Shown piece after piece: positions 56,052 through 64,000 of a stretch of 64,000 nt of DNA (its first letter is position 1; every line of letters starts with the position of its first letter). The translations under genes were made by a program, and so were the position numbers. The stretch is taken from the NCBI GenBank assembly GCA_964625345.1, contig CAZVDO010000001.1, forward strand, positions 55,237 through 119,236, in the 5' to 3' direction. The stretch is from an uncultured Anaerolinea sp. GTDB taxonomy: Bacteria; Chloroflexota; Limnocylindria; Limnocylindrales; CSP1-4. The notes beneath the pieces are model-generated. The model was not told the DNA's origin. It saw only the letters and a program-made list of their open reading frames with translations, and searched no databases.

Positions 56052-57629
56052 ATGCTCGCGACCGTCCTCTCCGCCACGCTCGTCGGCCTCGACGGCCGGC
56101 CCGTCCACGTCGAGGTGGACGTCGCGCCAGGCCTCCCCGGCTTCACGATCGTCGGGCTCGCCGACGCCGCGCTCCGCGAGGCGCGTGAGCGCGTGCGCGG
56201 CGCGATTCGCAACGCCGGCTACCAGTACCCGCCGCGGCGGATCACCGTGAACCTCGCGCCGGCGGACCTGCCGAAGGCGGGCGCATCGCTGGACCTCGCG
56301 ATCGCCGTGGGCGTCCTCCTCGGCTCGGAGCAGCTGCGGCCCGGGCCGCAGCGGATCGCGCTGCTGGGCGAACTCGGGCTCGGCGGGGAGCTTCGCGCGA
56401 TCCCCGGCCTCCTGCCCATGCTCGTGGCACTCCGAAGGGCCGGGGTCGGGCAGGCCGTGGTGCCGGCAGCGGCCGCACGCGAGGCCGCGCTCGTCGACGG
56501 GATCGAGAGCGTGGCGTGCGATCACCTCGTGACGGTGGTCGCGCGACTCAGCGCGCGGCGCCGGCCCGCGAAGTCACGGCCGTCGCGGATCGCCCTGGGT
56601 GACGGGAGCGTGGACGCGGCGTCGCGCGTCGAGGACGCGAGGATGGAGTCCTGGTCGGCCAGTCCGGAGAACGGCCCCGACCTCGCGGAGGTCCGTGGTC
56701 AGGCCGAGGCGCGCCGCGCCCTCGAGGTCGTGCTCGCCGGGGGCCACGGGCTGCTCATGATCGGTCCACCCGGCGGAGGCAAGACCCTCCTGGCCCGCAC
56801 CGTCCCCGGACTGCTCCCGGCACTCGACGGCCGGGACGCGCTCGAGGCCACGATCGTTGCCTCGGCGGCGGGCGAAGGCCCGCTCGCCGGGCTGGTACGG
56901 ACACCCCCGTTCCGGGCACCCCACCACACCGCGTCGTATGCGGCGATGGTCGGCGGGGGCCCGCGGCTCATTCCCGGCGAGGTGACGCGAGCGGATCACG
57001 GCGTCCTCTTCCTCGATGAGCTCGCCGAATTCGATCGAGACGTCCTCGAGGCGCTTCGCCAGCCGCTCGAGGACGGCCGGGTGACGATCGCCCGGGCGGC
57101 CCGAAGCGTGACGTTCCCAGCCCGCTTCCAACTGATTGCAGCGATGAATCCGTGCCCGTGCGGCTACGGGGGCGAGGCCCGCTGCACGTGCCCGCGGGCG
57201 CTGCGGGATCGCTACGTGCGGCGGATCTCCGGGCCCCTTCGCGACCGGATCGACTGCTGGGTCGGGATGCCCCGGCTGCCGCCCGCGGCGCTCGTCGCAG
57301 CACACCGGCCCGAAGGCTCCGCGGAGGTCCGCGAGCGGATCGCGCAGGCCCGGCGCCGACAGCTCGCACGGAACGACGGCGTCCTCAACGGCCGCCTGTC
57401 GGGGGCCAGGCTGCGAACCGTCTGCCGACTGGATCCGGCGAGCCGGGCCCGGGCGGTGGCCATCGCGGAGGTCGAACGCATGTCCGGTCGCGGGACGGAA
57501 CGCCTCCTGCGCGTCGCCCGGACGATCGCCGACCTGGCGGGTCGTGACGCGGTGACAGGCGACGACCTGGCCGAAGCGGCCCGATGGCGGGCCCCTGCCG
57601 CCGATCCCGAGCGGGCGCTGGTCGGCTGA
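56052..57629 (+). CDS. yifB: YifB/ComM family Mg-chelatase-like AAA+ ATPase
   Basis: An N-terminal Lon-like substrate domain. Walker A LMIGPPGGGKTL, Walker B VLFLDELAEF. A C4 insert CPCGYGGEARCTCP. Confidence 0.85.
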   Translation: MLATVLSATLVGLDGRPVHVEVDVAPGLPGFTIVGLADAALREARERVRGAIRNAGYQYPPRRITVNLAPADLPKAGASLDLAIAVGVLLGSEQLRPGPQRIALLGELGLGGELRAIPGLLPMLVALRRAGVGQAVVPAAAAREAALVDGIESVACDHLVTVVARLSARRRPAKSRPSRIALGDGSVDAASRVEDARMESWSASPENGPDLAEVRGQAEARRALEVVLAGGHGLLMIGPPGGGKTLLARTVPGLLPALDGRDALEATIVASAAGEGPLAGLVRTPPFRAPHHTASYAAMVGGGPRLIPGEVTRADHGVLFLDELAEFDRDVLEALRQPLEDGRVTIARAARSVTFPARFQLIAAMNPCPCGYGGEARCTCPRALRDRYVRRISGPLRDRIDCWVGMPRLPPAALVAAHRPEGSAEVRERIAQARRRQLARNDGVLNGRLSGARLRTVCRLDPASRARAVAIAEVERMSGRGTERLLRVARTIADLAGRDAVTGDDLAEAARWRAPAADPERALVG

Positions 57630-57630
57630 C

Positions 57631-58974
57631 ATGCTGGGCATCGGACGCCACGGCCCGCTCGGACCCGTTCGCCACCACGGGATGGACGGGGACCACGCGC
57701 GTCCCGAGGCGGGCGGGCCGTTCGAGGACCCGACCCGTCGCCGTACGCCTCCCGGCGGCCGTTCCGACGCGCAGGACCTCGCGATCATCAGTGCCGCCGA
57801 CGGGGTCGGTCCGGTCTCGCTCGAGCGGCTGCTCGAGGCCGTAGGCTCGCCGCACGACATCCTCGAGATCGCGCGAGGGCGCGACGCGATCGGGCGGTTG
57901 GTCGCCGCGACGCAGGACCCGGGAGGGGACCGGCGTCCCACGCTCACGCACAGGGCCGCCGCAGAGCTGGTCGCGGTGGCCAACGACCCGTCGCCGGTCC
58001 TCGACGCGCTCGCGCAGTCGGGCGTGGTCCCCGTGGCCCTCGGGGACGAGGCCTACCCCGAGCTGCTTCGAGCGATCGAGCTGCCGCCCCGCGTCCTGTT
58101 CGTCCAGGGGAACCTGGCCGCCCTGGACATCGCCCCGACGGTTGCCATCGTGGGCACGCGGCGGCCGACGGAACTCGGGCGGCGCCACGCGGCCAGGATT
58201 GCCGCAGCAATCGCCCGGTCCGGGGCCGCGGTGATCAGCGGCCTCGCGCTGGGCATCGACGGGAGTGCCCACGCAGCGGCTCTCGAAGCCGGCGGCACCA
58301 CGGTTGCCGTCATCGGGGGTGGCCACGACGTGCTCGCCCCGCGGGCACACGATCGCCTCGCGGCTGCGCTCCTCGAGGGTGGTGGCGCCATCGTGAGCGA
58401 GCACCCACCCGGGACCGCTCCGCGCACGGGCACGTTCCCGCGGCGCAACCGGATCATCAGCGGCATGGCCGGCGCCATCGTGGTGGTCGAGGCGCCGATT
58501 CGGAGCGGCGCCCTGATCACGGCGGCGTGGGCGCTCGAACAGGGGCGCGACGTGTTCCTGCTTCCCGGTGACATCGACGCACCGCAGAGCGCGGGATGCC
58601 TCGCCTGGCTCCGCGACTTCGCGGGTCTCGCTCGGATCGTGGCGGGGGTACCCGAGCTGCTCGAGGACCTCGGCCTTGCCGAGCGCGCGCCGACGGACGC
58701 GTTGGTCGAGCCCTCGACCGGCTCGATGCGTCCGGCCGCCCGGATCGGTCCGGGCCCGACCGTCGACACCTTGGCGCGCGACGTGCCGGCGCAGGACGAT
58801 GCCCTCCTTCGCGCGGTTGCGAGCGGCATGGACACCGTTGACGCGATCGTGGCCGGCACGGGGCTGCCGGTCGCGGCGGTCCTCGCGAGCCTCACCTCGC
58901 TCGAGGGGCGCGGCTATGTCGTCGGGGATGTCGGGCGATATCGACCCGGGCCGCGCTCGGTTCGGCCGGAGTGA
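57631..58974 (+). CDS. dprA: DNA processing protein A (DprA/Smf)
   Basis: The Rossmann-like core is VAIVGTRRPT...VISGLALGIDGSAHAAAL...RNRIISGMAGAIVVVEA, with a C-terminal winged-helix-like region. Confidence 0.8.
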   Translation: MLGIGRHGPLGPVRHHGMDGDHARPEAGGPFEDPTRRRTPPGGRSDAQDLAIISAADGVGPVSLERLLEAVGSPHDILEIARGRDAIGRLVAATQDPGGDRRPTLTHRAAAELVAVANDPSPVLDALAQSGVVPVALGDEAYPELLRAIELPPRVLFVQGNLAALDIAPTVAIVGTRRPTELGRRHAARIAAAIARSGAAVISGLALGIDGSAHAAALEAGGTTVAVIGGGHDVLAPRAHDRLAAALLEGGGAIVSEHPPGTAPRTGTFPRRNRIISGMAGAIVVVEAPIRSGALITAAWALEQGRDVFLLPGDIDAPQSAGCLAWLRDFAGLARIVAGVPELLEDLGLAERAPTDALVEPSTGSMRPAARIGPGPTVDTLARDVPAQDDALLRAVASGMDTVDAIVAGTGLPVAAVLASLTSLEGRGYVVGDVGRYRPGPRSVRPE

Positions 58975-59108
58975 CGGGGACACGCACGCCGGGATGGCCC
59001 GAGCCAGGAGGGCGACCCGTGCTATCCTCCCGGCGGTCGTCCTGACCGGGCGACCGGCCGACCCACGATGCCGCCTGTCCCCAGCGGACGAGCCAGGAGT
59101 CAGTCGTA

Positions 59109-60728
59109 TTGCAGAAGCTCATCGCGGGCCTCCTGGCCCTGCCGGTCGTGTCCGGCCTGGTCGGGACCCCGCTCGTGCGACACGCGAGCCGCCGCCGAAT
59201 CGGTGCCGGTGCCGGCGTCGTCGCCATCCTCCTGGTCGCCCTGGCCTCGACTTCCTTCTGGCCGGCGGCCACGACCGGCACTCCTCCGACGCGGATCACG
59301 GCGCTCGATTCGTCCGAGTTCACGAGCGAGATCCGGACCGGCGAATCGCCCACGACACCGGTGGTCGTCACGTTCCCGGGGCCCATGAATGCCGCGAGCG
59401 TGCAGGCCATGCTGCGCATCGTCCCGACCACCGCGGTCACGTTCCAATGGGACGCCACCATGACGGTGCTCACGATCCAGCCGGTCGGGTCTTGGGCCGT
59501 TGCGACGCTCCATACCGTGACCGTCGAGGCGGGCGCGCTTGACGCGCAGGGCCGTCCGCTAGCCCAACGCCTGCGCTCGACCTTCCTGACCCGCGATGCC
59601 CTGCACGGCACGATCAGCCCGACCGACGGGGCCGACGACGATGTCGCGATCGCGACCGCGTTCCGGATCGGCTTCACCGGCCCGATCGATGAATCGACCC
59701 TCGATCTCCTCATCGACCCGCCGGTCGAGGGGATCCTCCGACCGTCGCCCGCGGCGACCGACGCTGCCCCGGCCTTCCTCTTCGTGCCGGACGATCCGCT
59801 CGCGCCGGACACCACGTACACGGTGCGCCTGGCACCCGGCACGGCCGACCTCGACGGCGTTGCGGTCGCGGCGAACACGCTGACCGTGCACACGGCCGCG
59901 GCGCCCGCCGTGGTCCGATTCCGGCCGCGCAACGGCTGGGCCGACGTCGCGCCCGCCCAGCGGCTGTCGGTCCGCTTCACGGAGCCGATGGACCACGCGT
60001 CCACCGAGGCGGCGTGGTCGGCCGTCGAGGGGACTGCGACGCTCTCGGGCACGTTCGCCTGGGCCGAGAACGACACGGTGCTCGTGTTCGATCCCAAGGC
60101 CAACCTCGGGTACAGCCAGAAGGTGACGATGACCGTGGCGGCGACGGCCAGGTCGCGCGCCGGCGTGCCGCTCGCCGCGCCCGCCTCGGCCACGTTCACG
60201 ACGGTTGCCAAGCCGACCCGGCCATCCGGCGGCTCCGGCGGCTCCGGCGGTGGTGGCGGCTCGGTCGGGGCGGGCACCTGGGCCGCCGTCGAGAGCTACT
60301 ACCTCGGACTCATGAACTGCACGCGGACCGGCGGCTGGGTCACGTCCTCGGGCAGCTGTTCGAGCCCGGGTGGGCGGAACGTGGCCGCGCTCTGGCAGGA
60401 CGCGGGGATCTCGTCCAAGGTCTCGCGGCCCTACGCGAAGAAGCTTGCCGTGAACAACATGTGCACGCACTTCTCGGGGGGCAACCCCGGCGACCGGCTG
60501 CGAGCGGCCGGCTATTCCAGCTACGTGTGGGCGGAGAACCTGGGCTGCAGGAGCGGCGACCCATTCAAGGCCGTCCTCGGCTCCCACCTGTACTTCCAGA
60601 GCGAGAAGAGCTACAACGGCGGCCACTACGTGAACCTGATGAACGCCAAGTACGACCGCGTCGGGATCGGCGTCTGGGTCTCGTCCGGACGGGTCCGGCT
60701 CGTCGTCGACTTCTACCACCCGCTGTAG
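59109..60728 (+). CDS. secreted protein with Ig-like repeats and a C-terminal CAP (SCP/PR-1) domain
   Basis: TTG at 59109 with GGAG 9 nt upstream. A signal anchor. Repeated beta-rich segments. GS-rich linker GGSGGSGGGGGS. The CAP blocks are MCTHFSGGNPGDRL and HYVNLMNAKYDRVGIGVW. Confidence 0.65.
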   Translation: MQKLIAGLLALPVVSGLVGTPLVRHASRRRIGAGAGVVAILLVALASTSFWPAATTGTPPTRITALDSSEFTSEIRTGESPTTPVVVTFPGPMNAASVQAMLRIVPTTAVTFQWDATMTVLTIQPVGSWAVATLHTVTVEAGALDAQGRPLAQRLRSTFLTRDALHGTISPTDGADDDVAIATAFRIGFTGPIDESTLDLLIDPPVEGILRPSPAATDAAPAFLFVPDDPLAPDTTYTVRLAPGTADLDGVAVAANTLTVHTAAAPAVVRFRPRNGWADVAPAQRLSVRFTEPMDHASTEAAWSAVEGTATLSGTFAWAENDTVLVFDPKANLGYSQKVTMTVAATARSRAGVPLAAPASATFTTVAKPTRPSGGSGGSGGGGGSVGAGTWAAVESYYLGLMNCTRTGGWVTSSGSCSSPGGRNVAALWQDAGISSKVSRPYAKKLAVNNMCTHFSGGNPGDRLRAAGYSSYVWAENLGCRSGDPFKAVLGSHLYFQSEKSYNGGHYVNLMNAKYDRVGIGVWVSSGRVRLVVDFYHPL

Positions 60729-60735
60729 GCCGGGC

Positions 60736-61062
60736 GTGATCCGCAACGCGGTCGTGCACCTGCTCAACGAACAGCCGGTCGTGGCCGACCTGTTCGAGGA
60801 GCCGAAGGCCGGCGATGCGGGACTCGTCTGCACCAACCTCCGGACGCTCGATGGGCGCCGGCCCGTCTTCATCGACGCGACCGAATCGACGTTCTTCTTC
60901 CCGTATCACGGCATCCGGTTCGTCGAGCTGCCACGGGGCAGCGAGGGCGGGCCCGAGCGCGTGCGGGTGAACCCGAACGCGGAACCGGCGCCGGCGCCGC
61001 CGCCGGACGAGGAGGACCTCGAGATCGACGAGGACTTCCTGCGCCGCATCCGCGAGGCCTGA
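60736..61062 (+). CDS. hypothetical protein
   Basis: GTG 8 nt after the CAP-gene stop gives MIRNAVVHLLNEQPVVADLFEEPKAG... with an acidic Pro-rich C-terminus. No homology recognised. Confidence 0.3.
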   Translation: MIRNAVVHLLNEQPVVADLFEEPKAGDAGLVCTNLRTLDGRRPVFIDATESTFFFPYHGIRFVELPRGSEGGPERVRVNPNAEPAPAPPPDEEDLEIDEDFLRRIREA

Positions 61063-61228
61063 CCCGGACCTGACGCCGGGCGACCCGCCGAATCTCGCAG
61101 GCGTGGCGATTCGCGTCGGCAGCGAATCCCGCGCCCCTCGGCACTTCGCGGCACCGCGCGCCGTCCCGCCGTGCACTCCCGGCGCCCGTTGATGGTGCGG
61201 TTGGCCCCCTTTGCTATGCTCCGCCGCG

Positions 61229-63697
61229 ATGCCGAAGCACCTGGTGATCGTCGAGTCGCCGGCCAAGGCGCGCACGATCGAGCGCTATCTCGGCGACGAT
61301 TACCGCGTCCTGGCGTCATACGGACACGTCCGCGACCTCCCTGAGAACCCCGGCAAGGGCAAGTTCGGGGTGGATGTCGAGCATGGATTCGCGCCCGAAT
61401 ACGTGATTGCCGAGGATCGCCGCAAGCAGGTCGACGCGATCGAGCGCGCGGCCCGCACGGCGGACACGGTCTACCTCGCCACGGACCTCGACCGGGAAGG
61501 CGAGGCGATCGCCTGGCACGTGGCCGAAGCCGCGCACGTGCCCGCAGGCAAGACCCGGCGCGTGACCTTCTCGGAGATCACCGAGCCCGCGATCCGCGAC
61601 GCCTTTGCCCATCCACGCGACATCGACACGCACCTCGTCGATGCCCAGCAGGCGCGGCGCATCGTCGACCGCCTCGTGGGCTACACCCTGAGCCCGCTGA
61701 TCTCGCGCAAGGTCCGGGGCGGCCTCTCGGCAGGCCGCGTCCAGTCCGTCGCCGTCCGGCTGGTCGTGGAGCGCGAGCGGGAGATCCGGGCCTTCACGGC
61801 CCGCGAGTACTGGACGCTCCGTGCGCACCTGCGTTCGGCCGCCGACGAACCGTTCGAAGCCGAGGTCGTCCGGATCGATGGCAGGCCCCTTGAAGTGGCC
61901 GACGAGGAGAGCGCGACGGCGCACGCCGCGGCCCTCCGGACGCTGCGTCCCCGCGTCACGTCCATCGGGACGCGACGCCAGCAGCGCAGTCCGGCGCCGC
62001 CGTTCACGACCTCCACGCTCCAGCAGGAGGCCAGCCGCAAGCTGAGCTTCAGCCCGAAGCGGACGATGTCGGTCGCCCAGCGCCTGTACGAGGGCGTGGA
62101 CACGCCGGATGGACACGTGGGCCTCATCACGTACATGCGGACCGATTCGACCGCGATCGCGGGTGTTGCGATGGGCGAGGCTCGCGAGGTCATCGCCCGG
62201 CGCTATGGCGCCGACTACACGATGCCCAAGGGCCGCGTCTACCGGACCAAGACCAAGGGCGCCCAGGAAGCCCACGAATCGATCCGTCCAACGTCGTTCG
62301 AGCGGGATCCCGATTCGCTCGCCGCCATGCTCAAGCCCGAGGAACTGCGCCTGTACCGCCTCATCTGGCAGCGCGCCCTGGCCTCGCAGATGGCCGCCAA
62401 GACGCTCGAGACCACCACCGCGGACCTCGCCGTCGGACCGTACGAGCTCCGGGCCACCGCGACGAGGACCATCTTCGACGGCTTCGCCCGGGTCTACACC
62501 GAGGGCCGCGACGACGGCGGCGAGGACGAGGACGAAGGCCGGCTCCCGGCACTCCACGAGGGCGAGGACACGTCGGTTGACGACGTGGACGCCACCCAGC
62601 ACTTCACCGAGCCGCCGCCGCGCTTCACGGAGGCATCCCTCGTCAAGGCGCTCGAGGAGCACGGCATCGGCCGTCCGTCCACGTACGCGGCCACGCTGTC
62701 CACGATCGTTGATCGCGGGTACGTCCGGATCGAGGAACGGCGCCTGCATCCGGAGCTGATCGGCGAGATCGTCACGGACCTCCTCGTGGCCCACTTCGGG
62801 GACTACGTGGACCTCGCGTTCACGGCCCGGATGGAGGAGGAGCTCGACGAGGTCGCCCGGGGCGAGCGCAACTGGGTGCCGCTCCTGGAGGCCTTCTACG
62901 GACCCCTCCGCGACCGGGTCGACGTGAAGCGCAAGGAGCTCAAGCGGGCGGACTTCACCACCGAGGCCACCGACGAGGTCTGCTCCCTCGGCCACCCGAT
63001 GGTCATCCGCCTCGGACGCAACGGCCGGTTCCTCGCCTGCTCGCTGTTCCCCGAGCACAAGGAGTCGCGGCCCCTGCCCGGGGACGAGGCGCCCGAGCTC
63101 GCCGGCAGCGGCGAGGTCTGTCCGCAGTGCGGCGAAGGCGTGCTCACCTCCAAGCGGGGTCGATTCGGGCCGTTCGTCGGCTGCTCCCGCTACCCGGACT
63201 GCTCGTACATCCAGCGCGACGGTCCGCCGCCGCCGGAGCCCCTGCCGTTCGAGGTGACCTGCCCGAAGAACGGCGATGGGCATCTCGTGGCCCGTCGCGC
63301 GCGCCGCACCGGCAACGTCTTCTGGGGATGCTCTGCCTACCCGAAGTGCGACTTCACCACGAACTTCGAGCCGACAGGCGCCGTCCACGATGCCGACGAC
63401 GGACCGGTCGCGCGCCGGGAGGGCGGCGCCCTCTGCCTGCGTTGCGGCGCCCCGGTCGTGCTCCCGGAGGACGGCGCGTCGCTCGTGGGCCGGCGCCTAG
63501 CCGGCGGCGAGCCCGATCCGGCTGCCATCGCCCCGCGCCGGCCCCGCGCGACCGGCGGCCGCGGCGGGGGTCGGGGCAGTCGCAGCGGAGGCCGCGCCCC
63601 GGGCCGCACGACGCGTACCTCGGGATCGCCCGCCCGAACGACGCGCCGCGGTGGCACGCGCGGCGGCCGGGCGAGCGGCGCCGGCCCTTCGGCGTGA
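61229..63697 (+). CDS. topA: DNA topoisomerase I
   Basis: ATG at 61229 (MPKHLVIVESPAKARTIERYLG...). A TOPRIM domain. Catalytic Tyr region GLITYMRTDS. Two C4 zinc ribbons. An Arg/Gly-rich basic tail. Confidence 0.9.
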   Translation: MPKHLVIVESPAKARTIERYLGDDYRVLASYGHVRDLPENPGKGKFGVDVEHGFAPEYVIAEDRRKQVDAIERAARTADTVYLATDLDREGEAIAWHVAEAAHVPAGKTRRVTFSEITEPAIRDAFAHPRDIDTHLVDAQQARRIVDRLVGYTLSPLISRKVRGGLSAGRVQSVAVRLVVEREREIRAFTAREYWTLRAHLRSAADEPFEAEVVRIDGRPLEVADEESATAHAAALRTLRPRVTSIGTRRQQRSPAPPFTTSTLQQEASRKLSFSPKRTMSVAQRLYEGVDTPDGHVGLITYMRTDSTAIAGVAMGEAREVIARRYGADYTMPKGRVYRTKTKGAQEAHESIRPTSFERDPDSLAAMLKPEELRLYRLIWQRALASQMAAKTLETTTADLAVGPYELRATATRTIFDGFARVYTEGRDDGGEDEDEGRLPALHEGEDTSVDDVDATQHFTEPPPRFTEASLVKALEEHGIGRPSTYAATLSTIVDRGYVRIEERRLHPELIGEIVTDLLVAHFGDYVDLAFTARMEEELDEVARGERNWVPLLEAFYGPLRDRVDVKRKELKRADFTTEATDEVCSLGHPMVIRLGRNGRFLACSLFPEHKESRPLPGDEAPELAGSGEVCPQCGEGVLTSKRGRFGPFVGCSRYPDCSYIQRDGPPPPEPLPFEVTCPKNGDGHLVARRARRTGNVFWGCSAYPKCDFTTNFEPTGAVHDADDGPVARREGGALCLRCGAPVVLPEDGASLVGRRLAGGEPDPAAIAPRRPRATGGRGGGRGSRSGGRAPGRTTRTSGSPARTTRRGGTRGGRASGAGPSA

Positions 63698-64000
63698 CGC
63701 TCGCGCCTTCCAGCGGCGCGGCCCTCGATCGTTTCCTGCGCAGCCTCGCCGCCCGGGATACGTCACCCAACACCCAGCGTGCGTATCGCACCGCGGTCGG
63801 CGCGTACCTGTCCTGGCTGGACGACCGGCGGGTCGACTGGCGGCGACCTTCCCGCTCCGATCTCCGCGCCTACCTCGCCAGCCTGACCGCCGGGCACGCC
63901 CGGACGTCGGTCGCGCAGCGCCTCGCCGCGATCCGCTCGTTCCACCGCTTTGCAGCACGGGACGGGCTCTCGGACGGAGACCCGTGGGGAGCGATCGCCA
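63694..64000 (+). CDS. xerC: tyrosine recombinase XerC/XerD-like, N-terminal part (runs off window end)
   Basis: GTG overlaps the topA stop (GTGA). My translation gives VTLAPSSGAALDRFLRSLAARDTSPNTQRAYRTAVGAYLSWL...SVAQRLAAIRSFHRFAARDGL, the core-binding SAM-like domain. It is absent from the ORF track because no stop lies in the window. Confidence 0.7.
   Translation, partial: MTLAPSSGAALDRFLRSLAARDTSPNTQRAYRTAVGAYLSWLDDRRVDWRRPSRSDLRAYLASLTAGHARTSVAQRLAAIRSFHRFAARDGLSDGDPWGAIA

Noticed and set aside
63694-64000. Recombinase as a marker of an integrated mobile element.
   Set aside because: The N-terminal domain and the topA-adjacent, translationally coupled position fit chromosomal XerC/XerD. 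No phage, IS or conjugation genes are in the window, and no att-like repeat of the nearby tRNA was found.

Overview
This is a 64 kb window of very GC-rich (about 70%) bacterial chromosome. It carries housekeeping and cell-envelope genes and shows no sign of a plasmid, phage or insertion sequence. I support about 60 coding genes, one tRNA-Met, a likely hairpin terminator, a palindromic operator-like pair, and an 80 bp perfect direct-repeat pair. There is no CRISPR, no rRNA and no transposase.

Gene content, in order along the window:
- an FhaA/FhaB-RodA-PbpA cell-wall cluster with no PstP/PknAB kinase genes;
- a MoxR-DUF58-transglutaminase-like module;
- a tightly overlapping serC-like/serA/histidine-phosphatase serine operon;
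- MurJ, RarA, and a fused UvrD-helicase/RecB-Cas4-like nuclease;
- a metabolic run of M20D amidohydrolase, agmatinase-like, GDPD and a SAM-dependent methyltransferase;
- two paralogous REC-ParA/CpaE-like ATPases;
- MurI, YchF, and MrfA/MrfB (YprA/YprB) repair helicase-exonuclease;
- two separate NfeD-SPFH pairs (flotillin and stomatin);
- FtsH, a standalone DnaB_C/RadA-like RecA-fold ATPase, Ppa, ThpR, TyrA;
- YifB-DprA, a CAP-domain secreted protein, TopA, and the start of XerC.

The taxon is a high-GC monoderm-like lineage. Actinomycetota-like markers (FhaA, DUF4446-like, leaderless TANNNT promoters) sit beside a Firmicutes/Chloroflexi-like dprA-topA-xerC order.

Nearly all long ORFs in the track that lie antisense to these genes are GC-driven artefacts and were rejected.

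The leads I would follow first are:
- the phosphatase standing in the SerB position;
- the single-chain helicase-nuclease;
- the standalone DnaB_C-like ATPase and its flanking 80 bp repeats;
- the two orphan REC-ParA proteins, one directly downstream of an NfeD-stomatin pair;
- the palindromic sites upstream of moxR.

I cannot identify one unambiguous novel system with confidence; these are ranked candidates.
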